From the IMG/VR virus record IMGVR_UViG_3300045836_000008: DNA of 64,000 nt. One strand, 5' to 3'. The DNA comes from a virus. Taxonomy: Duplodnaviria; Heunggongvirae; Uroviricota; Caudoviricetes. Under the pieces are notes generated by a model. The model ran no database searches. It was not told the origin of the DNA and saw only the letters and a program-made list of their open reading frames with translations. Each line of letters begins with the position of its first letter. Within the stretch, counting starts at the first letter, position 1. This document shows positions 46,501-55,519 of the stretch, in pieces. The translations under genes and the position numbers were made by a program.

Positions 46501-47812
46501 CATTGGTACAGACAGTGCATCGGTCTGGACATCGAACTTCAACACGGCATTCGCGTACTCGATCCCGTCTGGTTTCTCTGCTTGGTACAACGCATCACCG
46601 GCCAACAACGTGACGCCGACTGACGTTGCAGTGCAGTTCCCGACTAGCGGTCAATTGCTGGCCTACAACGGCACGCAATGGGCGAACCGTGTGTTGACAC
46701 CATCGGACCTGAACACGGCCCTTGGAAGCTCTGCAATCGCGTCCAATGGTAACGGCTATCTGCAACTGAACAACGGTCTGTACATGCCTGACGGGTACAT
46801 TCAGGTCGTGACACCGCAAGGTCGTAATCGCGTGACCAATGGCGGCATGTTGGTCGCACAGCGCGGTACGGGCACATACACGAATGGTGTCTCGGGTTAC
46901 AGCGGTTGCGACATGATGAACGCCAACAACTCTGCTGGTGGCACGTTCACACAGGCACAGGGCACGATCACCTATGGTGGTATTGCACGCAAGGCTGTTG
47001 TACAGACGGTCACGGCAACGGGTTCGTCATTCAGCACGGCGGGTAACTTGTGGCTTGGTGTTCAGACGCGTTTCGAAGGTCAACAAGTGTTCGACATGAT
47101 TGGCGGCTATGCAACCCTGTCGTTCCTGTTCAACACGAACGTGACGGGTACATATTCGGTGCAACTGTTCGACAACACTGGCAACAACAGCTATGTGGCA
47201 ACGTTCAGTGCAACGGCAAACACACCGCAACGTGTGGTGCTTCCGGTCCTGATGTCGGCATCGTTGGGAATCCCGAACAGTTCGGCATTGGGTCTGTTGT
47301 GTACGATTGGTTGCGTGAGTGGTACGACCTATCAGACATCGACGCTGAACGCGTGGCAGACAGGCAACCTGATTTCGGCCAACACGGCAACGAACTGGAC
47401 CGGTGTGGTGAACAACTTCATCGCAGTGGGTGAACTTCAGTTGGAACCGGGCAAGATCAACACGCCGTTCGAACGGCTGCATATTGCGACGGTCACGGAA
47501 CAATGCCAACGCTACTACGAACTGATCTACTTCGGCGGTTTCCTTGTGTACAACCAAGGACCAACATCGGCACTGTTCACGGTCCCGTTCAATACGACCA
47601 AGCGTTCGACAACCACGTTCTCATACAACATTGCCAGCATCGGGACCGAAGTCACGATCCCGGCTGGCAGCATCACTGCACTGGCACTGGACCGCAATGC
47701 GGTGAACCATGCGCAAATCCAGATTCAGGGTAGCGGTGGTCAGAGTTCCGGGGTGGTTGGCCGGATCATCGGTAGTAATACGCAGTACATGGCGTTCTCT
47801 GCGGAACTGTAA
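43550..47812 (+). CDS. Long tail fibre with SPRY-like and C-terminal lectin/CBM-like domains
   Basis: LIKRSSVAGKVP..TDLNYGELALN N-terminus; repeated TTDxG...LQVxG knobs; KYYFEV...VQVAYDAGNRLVWFAVNG; RNRVTNGGM...TPFER...CQRYYE. Confidence 0.8.
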   Translation: MAVLIKRSSVAGKVPATTDLNYGELALNSHDGRLFLKANNGSGDAIIEVTSVTSLLNKTVTANVTLTALEYSNAMIVFSGALTANTVVTVPNTPHSFIVVNKTTGNYSLTLQSQGQTPSVVVTQGTAESLLCDTTGVYATAATTGVEFAKVIPVTANVTADITYAGALLLVTTAGVTITMPKANTYQAGTGFGILNVSGGSVTVAVQSGDSGVLTFPLTVQNNDSYYLASDNSTKWHCVWYSNPQSPTFGALTASSLTSTGNLSVTGTSTFTGAATFNNTNTNLGAVGATLNIGSLASAGTSSILFRSSGLNSTYDSEIYGTGGTASPGNGQINYTAGSHVFRIGSTAKLSITSSGVTLLNTTTDSGSGAVLQVNGDIETQWGLIRSTTYSAPSSIVLRQSDGVPGSATATQNGDQVSTVVSYAYDGAAFRNMASVDVYAEANVTNTSAPGNIRFYTTPSGSINKSERMRITARGGILIGTTTDDGASAMIVTGTATFNNTIVAGSNITSNAGKVTGNSSNGALTASNGGGAGQTSMILNRAGAPTDQKQWEVMQDGSGTFVLRTVNDAYSASQYAMQVTRASSYTLGYMSLMSQGGHVLIGGTTDNGTDELQVTGTIQTSGGIVFPDGTKQTTANGVTAPTSQVYTPAANATSFQPTGGYTVPFVQVFKNNGRLIPNVDFTAPDGVNINLTVAATGRDRYEVLTSVIYSPSTVFAPTSTVYNLSVGATTINTSNLNTIMWVYQNNDRLIPTQDFTYNTSTGVITLTNAVTSATDNYEVIAFQPFAINGMLPFVQSGSYSLASGQIPVYNGSTWTNKPLALSTGTNVTLDPSNKSASVTLSNTNSTATFGSGQSMVIGNTGVNSGKYYFEVTFTSGTNSGNAAVGLVPKTETLTAQIGYNDPSANYSVGCFQNSGNIYKNGGTSAGSASAFNTAGNVVQVAYDAGNRLVWFAVNGGNWNGSAANSPATGVGGIAVGGTAAMFPAIGTDSASVWTSNFNTAFAYSIPSGFSAWYNASPANNVTPTDVAVQFPTSGQLLAYNGTQWANRVLTPSDLNTALGSSAIASNGNGYLQLNNGLYMPDGYIQVVTPQGRNRVTNGGMLVAQRGTGTYTNGVSGYSGCDMMNANNSAGGTFTQAQGTITYGGIARKAVVQTVTATGSSFSTAGNLWLGVQTRFEGQQVFDMIGGYATLSFLFNTNVTGTYSVQLFDNTGNNSYVATFSATANTPQRVVLPVLMSASLGIPNSSALGLLCTIGCVSGTTYQTSTLNAWQTGNLISANTATNWTGVVNNFIAVGELQLEPGKINTPFERLHIATVTEQCQRYYELIYFGGFLVYNQGPTSALFTVPFNTTKRSTTTFSYNIASIGTEVTIPAGSITALALDRNAVNHAQIQIQGSGGQSSGVVGRIIGSNTQYMAFSAEL

Positions 47813-47818
47813 TCAACT

Positions 47819-49066
47819 ATGGCTTCAATCTCACAACTGACGGCACGACTGATCGACTTGTTCGGCAGTCCTGCCACTGCAAACCCGTCGAAGCTGGCGG
47901 GCAATCTCACGGTCAGCCCGAATGGCAACATCCTTGTCGGGCAGACCACGGACAACGGTACGGACAAGCTTCAGGTCACAGGGTCGGCACGCGTCACGAA
48001 TACGCCCCTGTACCTGTCTGGACCGGCTGCAACGTATCGCATCACGTACTTCCAGTCGGGTACATCGAATCGCTGGTCCATCTATTGTGACAGTGCGACA
48101 GAGACGGGTTCGAACGCCGGGTCGAATTTTGAGATTTCCCGCTATAACGATTCGGGTGTATGGGTCGATAACCCCATCTCGATCAACCGTGCGAACGGAC
48201 AGGTAAGCTTTGCGTCGAACATCAACGTTTCCAGCGCGGTATATCAGACCGATGGCAACATCAACGGTTCTGTTTGGGGCGGCGCTCTCAGTACGTGGCT
48301 GTCGAACAATAAGGTTAGTAAGGGCGGCGATGCAATGACCGGTTCGCTGACCAACAATGCTTCGAGTCCGTTTCACAGCACTGGTGACATCGGGATTTCG
48401 TGGTCAATCTGGAATACGACTGGCGGTCCTGCACTTCAGGTCGATGCAGCGAATGATGGCGCTGGTTACATGGGTGTGCGCTGGACACATTGGGGTATTC
48501 GACACCTTGGTGCGGTGAGTGCATATGCGGGCGGTTCGTCATCATCTACCTGCATGATCGCATTCAACATGAACAGTAATGCCACTGGTCACGTTTTCTA
48601 TGACGGCGGCAATGCTACGTTTGCGGGCACACTGACACAGAATTCGGATTACCGAATCAAGACCAACGTCCAGACCATCGAACCACGTGTGGCAATGAAT
48701 CAGGTCTTGTCTCTGCGACCGGTGACGTATGACCGCACGGACATTGAACACAATCCCAACGATCACAGCGGCTTCATTGCACATGAACTACAGGAAGTCA
48801 TCCCAAGTCTGGTATGGGGCGAGAAGGACGCAGTAAAGACGGTCAAGAAGCTTGTCGGTGATACACGACCATTCAAACCCGGTACTGAACCCGAAGACTA
48901 CGTTCCGCCAGTAGAAGTTGATGTCGTGGTTCCCGATCCGCAGTCAGTCAACTATCCGGGAATGATTCCCTACCTTGTGGCTGCGATGCAAGAGATGAAG
49001 CGCGAGATGGACGAACTGCGTCAAGAACTAGAACAACTGAAAGTTTCACAGGGCAACAATGGCTAG
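47819..49066 (+). CDS. Receptor-binding fibre with S74/ICA chaperone domain
   Basis: NSDYRIKTN...LRPVTY...GFIAHELQEVIP...VNYPGMIPYLVAAMQE. Confidence 0.8.
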   Translation: MASISQLTARLIDLFGSPATANPSKLAGNLTVSPNGNILVGQTTDNGTDKLQVTGSARVTNTPLYLSGPAATYRITYFQSGTSNRWSIYCDSATETGSNAGSNFEISRYNDSGVWVDNPISINRANGQVSFASNINVSSAVYQTDGNINGSVWGGALSTWLSNNKVSKGGDAMTGSLTNNASSPFHSTGDIGISWSIWNTTGGPALQVDAANDGAGYMGVRWTHWGIRHLGAVSAYAGGSSSSTCMIAFNMNSNATGHVFYDGGNATFAGTLTQNSDYRIKTNVQTIEPRVAMNQVLSLRPVTYDRTDIEHNPNDHSGFIAHELQEVIPSLVWGEKDAVKTVKKLVGDTRPFKPGTEPEDYVPPVEVDVVVPDPQSVNYPGMIPYLVAAMQEMKREMDELRQELEQLKVSQGNNG

Positions 49067-50477
49067 TATCACTCAACTTACAGCACGCTTGATCGATTTG
49101 TTCGGTTCCCCAAGCACGGCTGATCCGTCGAAGCTGAAGAACAATCTGACAGTCACACCTTCGGGCAATGTGGCTGTCGGTAGTGGCACGGATGACGGCA
49201 CTGGCAACAAGTTGCAACTGGCGGGCACGCTTGGCATCAACAACACGGCTGCGAACTATCGGGCTGCGAACTATTACACCAGTGGTTCTCTTCGTTGGGC
49301 GTCTGGTGTCGATGCCACGGCTGAATCCGGTTCGAATGCGGGTTCATCGTGGTTCATGAACCGCTACAGTGATACCGGTGTGTTCATCGATTCGCCACTC
49401 TCGATCAGTCGCAAGACGGGTGTCGTGACGGCTAACAGTGGCGTACAGGTCACGATGAACTCGTCGTGGACCGGTGACGGCTATGGTCAGTTCCGTGCAG
49501 TGTATGGCAACTACGGTGTGATCCTTCGCAACGATGGGACCACGTGTTACCTGTTGTCTACGGCATCTGGCAGTCCTTACGGTACGTGGAACAACTACCG
49601 TCCGTTCCAGTGGAACCTATCGACCGGTAACGTGACGATTGCCGCTGATGGTGCATCGACATCGTTTGGCGGTGTGGCAATCGGCACACAGATTCAGGGC
49701 ACAGGGACAGTCGGTCTAGTGAGTGGTGCGACCGGTTCCGGTACATCGGCCATTGCAATCAACTATGCCGGTCAGCTTGCGACATGGAACGGGTCGAATG
49801 GCTGGAACTCGTTCTACAACATCATCACTGCGTCTGGCGGGACGATGCAGGGCACCTTGAACATGTACAACCAGTCCGTAGTTCAACTGACTGGTGCGAA
49901 CGGCTACTACGGCCTTCTACGTGGTGACAGCAGCGGATGTGTCGGCTTCATCAACCAAGGTAACACTGCGTGGAACATGCGTGTTTACGATGCGGGCACC
50001 GTATTGGTTCGTGGTGCATATCAAAGCACGACCGGCTATCAGTGCCAAGCCGGTAACGGCGGTGCGCAAGGCGGCAACATCTTCAACATGTACTGGAACG
50101 GCAACGTCCAGATGTGGATCGACACGACCAACGTTGGGAATATTTCCCTGTCGTCGGACTACCGAATCAAACATTCAGTAGAACAGACACAAGGCGGTCT
50201 GGCAAAGGTGAACGCAGTCCGTACAGTGTCGTACCGATTCAAGGACATTCACCTGTACAAAGATGACGGTCGTGCGCGAGATGGTTTCATTGCACACGAA
50301 GTAGCCGAAGTTATCCCAAGTGCGGTGTATGGCGAGAAAGATGCCGTGAATGCCGAAGGCGAGATTCAACCACAAACACTTGACCCAATGCCGATGATTT
50401 CGGTGTTGTGGAACGCCGTCCAAGAACTGTCTGAACAGGTTCAAGACCTGAAGGCACAACTAGCGAGTAAAGAATAA
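49059..50477 (+). CDS. Receptor-binding fibre with S74/ICA chaperone domain (paralogue)
   Basis: SSDYRIKHS...GFIAHEVAEVIP...LWNAVQEL; same N-terminus as 47819. Confidence 0.8.
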   Translation: MASITQLTARLIDLFGSPSTADPSKLKNNLTVTPSGNVAVGSGTDDGTGNKLQLAGTLGINNTAANYRAANYYTSGSLRWASGVDATAESGSNAGSSWFMNRYSDTGVFIDSPLSISRKTGVVTANSGVQVTMNSSWTGDGYGQFRAVYGNYGVILRNDGTTCYLLSTASGSPYGTWNNYRPFQWNLSTGNVTIAADGASTSFGGVAIGTQIQGTGTVGLVSGATGSGTSAIAINYAGQLATWNGSNGWNSFYNIITASGGTMQGTLNMYNQSVVQLTGANGYYGLLRGDSSGCVGFINQGNTAWNMRVYDAGTVLVRGAYQSTTGYQCQAGNGGAQGGNIFNMYWNGNVQMWIDTTNVGNISLSSDYRIKHSVEQTQGGLAKVNAVRTVSYRFKDIHLYKDDGRARDGFIAHEVAEVIPSAVYGEKDAVNAEGEIQPQTLDPMPMISVLWNAVQELSEQVQDLKAQLASKE

Positions 50478-51649
50478 TGGCAGCACAACCTACAGAACTA
50501 CATGCACGGCTGATCGATTTGTTCGGTAGTCCCGCGACTGCCGATCCGACCAAGCTGTTCAACAACCTTGTTGTGAATCCTAACGGTACGATCACGATTG
50601 GTACTGGCCTAATCCTGCCCGATGGTTACACACGCACCATCACTGACATGGGACGCAACCGTGTCATCAATGGTGGTATGGATGTCTGGCAACGTTCGAC
50701 ATCGGTGACTGGTGTGTTGTCGGCATATCAGACCGTGGACCGGTTTGGTTGTACCACGGTTCCATCCTGTACTGCGGCACTCTCGTCGGACGTTCCCAAC
50801 AATGCCTTTGCGTACTCATGGAAGCTGACGGTCGGTACGGGTTCTGCACCGGCTGCTGCTTCATTCAATGGTGTCTGGCACAACATTGAAGGCTACAACG
50901 TCATCGACTTCGCCTATGGCAAATCGAATGCACAGGTAGGCATCCTAACGTTCTGGGTGAAGGTGTCGATTGCGGGTACGTATGCACTCAGCTTCATGAA
51001 CGGTGGTCTGAACCGCAACTACATCACCACGTACACGGTCAGCAATGCGAACACATGGCAACAGGTGACGGTCATCCTGCCGGGTGACATCACTGGTACA
51101 TGGAACAACCAGAACGGCGCTGGTCTTTCGATTTGTTGGGACTTGGGTAGCGGTTCGAACTATCAGACGGCAACCCTAAATACGTGGCAAGCGGGGCAGA
51201 TGTATGGCACGGCTTCATCGTCCAAGCTGGTTTCCACGACTGGTGCAACGTTCCAGTTGACGGGGGTCCAGTTCGAGATTGGTTCGTATAACTCACCGTT
51301 CGAACGTCGCCTGTATTCGACGGAACTGAACCATTGCATGCGGTACTACGAACAGTTGACCGGTGGTCAGTATGCAGTGGGCGCGATGAATAGTGCAACG
51401 TTGGCCTACATGCAAATGTCGTGGACCACACCGAAACGTGCTGCACCGACCATCACTGGTACGGCTGCTTCGACGTACTACTTCTATTCACCGGCCACGG
51501 CAAACATCGCCCCTAGTTCGTGGACAGCAAGCGCAACACTGAGTAAAGCCATCATCTCGGTCAACATTGCATCTGGTGGCACGGCTGGTCAAGCATGTCT
51601 GCTGGAAGACAACAGCGGTTCGGCGGTCTATATCTCTTCGGAACTGTAA
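50477..51649 (+). CDS. Receptor-binding protein with lectin/CBM-like domain
   Basis: GRNRVINGGMDVWQR...GVQFEIG..SPFERR...CMRYYE; shared N-terminal docking motif. Confidence 0.75.
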   Translation: MAAQPTELHARLIDLFGSPATADPTKLFNNLVVNPNGTITIGTGLILPDGYTRTITDMGRNRVINGGMDVWQRSTSVTGVLSAYQTVDRFGCTTVPSCTAALSSDVPNNAFAYSWKLTVGTGSAPAAASFNGVWHNIEGYNVIDFAYGKSNAQVGILTFWVKVSIAGTYALSFMNGGLNRNYITTYTVSNANTWQQVTVILPGDITGTWNNQNGAGLSICWDLGSGSNYQTATLNTWQAGQMYGTASSSKLVSTTGATFQLTGVQFEIGSYNSPFERRLYSTELNHCMRYYEQLTGGQYAVGAMNSATLAYMQMSWTTPKRAAPTITGTAASTYYFYSPATANIAPSSWTASATLSKAIISVNIASGGTAGQACLLEDNSGSAVYISSEL

Positions 51650-51655
51650 TCAACG

Positions 51656-52177
51656 ATGTACACATACACTCACACATCAAACCCGAACGTGATCCTGCGT
51701 TCGGATGGCGCATCAATCCCGGCTGATCCGCTGAATCGCGACTACACGGAATACCTACAATGGGTCGCAGCGGGCAACACTGCTGCACCCGCGCCGGGTC
51801 CAGACCTGAACGCCCTGAAGACAGACCTGATGGCAAAGGTCGATGCACTGGTTGCGGACATCTATTCCAACTGGACACGCTTCCAACAGGAATACATCCT
51901 TCGCGAACAGGCTGCGACTGACTTTGCATCACGTGGCTTCACTGGCGATCCGGGTATCTGGGTTTCAGCGTTCGCCACGGCTGCGGGCTATGACAACAAG
52001 ACGGCTGCACAACTGATCCTTGGTCAAGCCAACCAGTTGAATAGTGCATTGATGGCACTCGCTGCGCAACGCATGTCGAAATACAACATCGCCAAGGCAA
52101 CCACGGTTCAAGGTGCAACGGATGCCTTCAATGCAGTTGTTTCGGACATCAAATCGATTGCAGCCACGATTACCTAA
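51656..52177 (+). CDS. Tail fibre assembly chaperone-like protein
   Basis: SDGASIPADPLNRDYTEYLQWVAAGNTAAPA, typical of fibre assembly proteins. Confidence 0.75.
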   Translation: MYTYTHTSNPNVILRSDGASIPADPLNRDYTEYLQWVAAGNTAAPAPGPDLNALKTDLMAKVDALVADIYSNWTRFQQEYILREQAATDFASRGFTGDPGIWVSAFATAAGYDNKTAAQLILGQANQLNSALMALAAQRMSKYNIAKATTVQGATDAFNAVVSDIKSIAATIT

Positions 52178-52180
52178 ATA
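52174..52180 (+). promoter_or_regulatory. Late promoter (CTAAATA)
   Basis: About 40 nt before ATG 52220. Confidence 0.65.
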
Positions 52181-52219
52181 TGGGTGCGGCATTGTGTCCG
52201 CACTCTATAAGGAAAACCA

Positions 52220-52963
52220 ATGAAATTTGCATTCCACAAGGCCAAAGACACCCTGTTTGCAAAACTTTGTACATGGAAGATGGAAGGGCCGTACAGCCAC
52301 GTTGAAGCGTGCTTCGGTCCTGATCCCGTCAATCCGCAACTGACAGTGTGTGCTAGTTCCAAATGGACCGAAGGCGGCGTTCGTATCAAGTCGCTGGACC
52401 TGTCCGACACGACTGCATGGGACATCATTGAAGTGCCCGGCATCGATGAAGAAAAGTCGCTTCAGTGGTTCAAGGACCACGCTGGCGCACCGTATGACAC
52501 GCGCGGTTTGATCCAATTCATCACGTTCTTTCCTTGCGGCCACAATCCGAAGGGCTGGTTCTGCGATGAAGCCGTTCTCGCGTCGATTGGTATGGAAGGG
52601 TCTTACCGCTTCGATCCGAACGGCATGGCGGCGATCCTGACGTTCCTGAAGGGCTATCAGGCTGGCAATCTCAACCCGGCTGTCGCAGATGTCGAAAAGG
52701 GCGAACTTGATGGCGTTAAGCAACCAGTCACACCGTTGAAGCAGGTTGAAGCAAAGATCGAACAGGCGATTCCGGCATTGGACAGTGTTGCCACGGCTGC
52801 ACAGGTCGTTGCACCGGTCCTGTCGATTGTTCCGGGCGCTGCACCGATTGTGGCGGCTATCGAAGCGGCTGCACCAGTGATTCACAAGATTGCCGAGAAC
52901 GCACCGACTGTTGAAGCGGCGGCCAAGGCTGTCAGTGATTTGGCGAAGCCCGCAGTGTCCTAA
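52220..52963 (+). CDS. Permuted papain-like (NlpC/P60, YiiX-like) amidase/peptidase with an Ala-rich tail
   Basis: YSHVE (His) precedes GAPYD...WFCDE (Cys), the permuted order. Confidence 0.65.
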   Translation: MKFAFHKAKDTLFAKLCTWKMEGPYSHVEACFGPDPVNPQLTVCASSKWTEGGVRIKSLDLSDTTAWDIIEVPGIDEEKSLQWFKDHAGAPYDTRGLIQFITFFPCGHNPKGWFCDEAVLASIGMEGSYRFDPNGMAAILTFLKGYQAGNLNPAVADVEKGELDGVKQPVTPLKQVEAKIEQAIPALDSVATAAQVVAPVLSIVPGAAPIVAAIEAAAPVIHKIAENAPTVEAAAKAVSDLAKPAVS

Positions 52964-52996
52964 ATTTGTATGCGTTTTTCTGACACGCGTCTGAAG

Positions 52997-53003
52997 CTAA
53001 ATA
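52997..53003 (+). promoter_or_regulatory. Late promoter (CTAAATA) for gp13-gp17
   Basis: About 25 nt before ATG 53029. Confidence 0.75.
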
Positions 53004-53028
53004 GTCAACCACAACTACGGGCAAAATA

Positions 53029-54003
53029 ATGGCACTCGTACAACTCAATTCATTCGACACACTGGCGCAATACTGCTTGCAAAAGCTTGGCGCACCAGTG
53101 ATCGACATCCACATCGCGGATGAACAGATTGCCAACCGGATTTCAGACGCGTTTCAATTCTTCCGTGAATTCCACGGTGATGCAACGGATCGCATGTTCC
53201 TGAAGCATCAAGTCACGGACAACCAGATCACGGTTCCGTCAGCGACATCGTTCAAGCTTGGTGAAACTGTCACCGGTTCGGTGTCCGGTACAACGGCACA
53301 AATCACGGCTATCTCGCAAGGGCTGCTACAAGTCAACACACCGGCTGGTAGCGGCTTTGTCGCATCTGAACAAATCACTGGCGGTGAGAGTGGCGCGAAT
53401 GGCGTCATTGGCACGTACACGACTGGTGACATCGACAATGGCTTCATTCCGGTTGGTCCCGGTGTGGTCAGTGTGGTGAACGTGTTCCCGATTGCGGGCG
53501 GCGCGACATCGAATAGTCAGTTCTCCGCAGCGTATCAGATCAAGGTCAATGACATCTACAACTTCCAGTCATCACAAGGGTCACTGGCAACGAGTGGTCT
53601 GGCCTACTACGAAGAGACGAAAGAATACCTGAACACGATGGATAGTGTTCTGGTCGGTCAGCAAATCTTCCGCTACAACCCGAAGATGGGACGCCTGTAC
53701 ATCGATTTCGACTGGCGCAACAATCTCGCACCGGGTGACTTCATTCTGGCCGACTGCTACGGCATTGTCGATGAAGAAGTCTACCAAATGATTTGGGATG
53801 ACCGGATGCTGAAGAAGCTTGCCACGGCCTACCTGAAGGAACAGTGGGGCAACAACCTAAAGCTGTACGGCGGCGTGCAACTGCCCGGTGGTATCACGGT
53901 GCAAGGGCAGCAAATCTACGATGAAGCAGTAGCCGAAATCGAGAAGATCGAAGACCAGATTCGCGACATCTACCAAGAACCTGTCGGCTTCCTAGTGGGG
54001 TAA
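53029..54003 (+). CDS. gp13: Neck protein
   Basis: YCLQKLGAPVIDIHIADEQI, LATAYLKEQWGNNLKLYGGVQLPGGITVQG. Confidence 0.93.
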   Translation: MALVQLNSFDTLAQYCLQKLGAPVIDIHIADEQIANRISDAFQFFREFHGDATDRMFLKHQVTDNQITVPSATSFKLGETVTGSVSGTTAQITAISQGLLQVNTPAGSGFVASEQITGGESGANGVIGTYTTGDIDNGFIPVGPGVVSVVNVFPIAGGATSNSQFSAAYQIKVNDIYNFQSSQGSLATSGLAYYEETKEYLNTMDSVLVGQQIFRYNPKMGRLYIDFDWRNNLAPGDFILADCYGIVDEEVYQMIWDDRMLKKLATAYLKEQWGNNLKLYGGVQLPGGITVQGQQIYDEAVAEIEKIEDQIRDIYQEPVGFLVG

Positions 54004-54006
54004 GCG

Positions 54007-54750
54007 ATGGCAGTCAATTTCTATTTCCAGAACGGTATTCCTGAGAACTTCACGAATACCCAACGGATGATCGAAGCACTGACCATCCAAGCCATCCAGA
54101 TCGGCGGCATGGACACGTACTACATTCCGCGCCATCTGGTACAGGGCGACATCGATCCTATCTTCACCGAAGACCGTCTCGCCAAGTATGAGAATGCGTA
54201 CCGGTTGGAGATGTACCTAGAGAACGTAGCAGGGTTTGAAGGTGATGGCGCACTGATGTCCAAGTTCGGCATCGAGATTCAGGATTCCTGTACGTTCGTG
54301 GTCGCACGGTCACGATGGGAAGCAGAAGTCGGTCGCACTGGTACAACCATGCTACCGCGTCCGGTCGAAGGCGATCTTGTCTATCTGCCCCTGACCAAAT
54401 CGTTCTTCGAAATCAAGAAGGTGAACGCGACCAATCCGTTCTACCAACTTGGCAAACTGTTCACATACCGTCTGGAATGCGAACTGTTCGAATTCTCGCA
54501 TGAACAATTCAGCACTGGTCTGGAAGAGATTGATTCGTTGTCCGACGAACTGTCGATGGCCGATCAAGACTACTTCATCTACACGGAGAATGGTTTCGCA
54601 CTGGTGACGGAAGGCGGCGATCACATCCTGCAAGAGTTCACGTTCACCCAGAACGACCCGGCTGCACAGAACGATGCGTTCACGGCACAGGAAGAAGTCG
54701 TCCTGAACTTTGACGAGAACAACCCATTCGGTGAGATTGACCATGCTTAA
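54007..54750 (+). CDS. gp14: Neck protein
   Basis: IQIGGMDTYYIPR, GFEGDGALMSKFGIEIQD, RPVEGDLVYLPL, FYQLGK. Confidence 0.93.
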   Translation: MAVNFYFQNGIPENFTNTQRMIEALTIQAIQIGGMDTYYIPRHLVQGDIDPIFTEDRLAKYENAYRLEMYLENVAGFEGDGALMSKFGIEIQDSCTFVVARSRWEAEVGRTGTTMLPRPVEGDLVYLPLTKSFFEIKKVNATNPFYQLGKLFTYRLECELFEFSHEQFSTGLEEIDSLSDELSMADQDYFIYTENGFALVTEGGDHILQEFTFTQNDPAAQNDAFTAQEEVVLNFDENNPFGEIDHA

Positions 54751-55519
54751 CAGTCAGCAAACCTTCTACAACAAGACGACTGAAAAGGCGGTCATTGCGT
54801 TCGGCAACATGTTCAACAATGTGTACATCGAACGCTATGACGCCGACAACAAGTTGCAGCGTCGCATTCGAGTGCCGATCAGCTATGCACCCAAGGACAA
54901 GTTCTTGGCCCGCATGGAACAGCAACCCGATGTCGATTCACAGCGCGAAGAACTGACCCTGCCCCGGCTGGCTTTCGAAATAACTGGTATCCAGTACGAC
55001 CCGACGCGTCAGATGAACGCGATGCAGGGCTTCAAGGCGTTCAATCAGGGCACATTGCAGTCAGTATCCAATCCTGTCCCGTACAACCTGAAGATGGCCC
55101 TGTATGCAGTCGCCAAGACGCAAGGCGATGCACTCATGATGATGGAACAGATTCTACCGGTGTTCACGCCGCACTACACGCTGACGATGAACGCCATGCC
55201 GCAACTGAATCTGAAGAACGATCTACCAATCACGCTCGATGGAGTGTCACTGGAAGACTCGTTCGATGCACCGAAGTTCGAAGAGCGCCGTCAAGTGATG
55301 GTGTCATTCGAGTTCACGATCCAACTGAACTACTTCGGCTACACGGATGGCACGAAGGGCATCATCAAGGACGTACAGGTGGACTTCTACTCTGCGCCGG
55401 ATATGGCAGACAGCGAAGCACTCGAAGGCGTTGAAGTTCAGGTATCCCCACTGAACGCCAACCAAGGTGATCCGTACACCGTCATAACAACGATTGAAGG
55501 TTTCAACGGTAATGACTAA
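54743..55519 (+). CDS. gp15: Tail sheath stabiliser/terminator
   Basis: IAFGNMFNNV, RVPISYAPKDKFLAR, LPRLAFE, MEQILPVFTP; start moved to ATG 54743. Confidence 0.92.
   Translation: MLNSQQTFYNKTTEKAVIAFGNMFNNVYIERYDADNKLQRRIRVPISYAPKDKFLARMEQQPDVDSQREELTLPRLAFEITGIQYDPTRQMNAMQGFKAFNQGTLQSVSNPVPYNLKMALYAVAKTQGDALMMMEQILPVFTPHYTLTMNAMPQLNLKNDLPITLDGVSLEDSFDAPKFEERRQVMVSFEFTIQLNYFGYTDGTKGIIKDVQVDFYSAPDMADSEALEGVEVQVSPLNANQGDPYTVITTIEGFNGND

Noticed and set aside
46800-51649. Diversity-generating retroelement or shufflon acting on fibre tips
   Set aside because: The paralogous tips differ at all base types, not only adenines; no reverse transcriptase, invertase or inverted crossover sites were seen in the window
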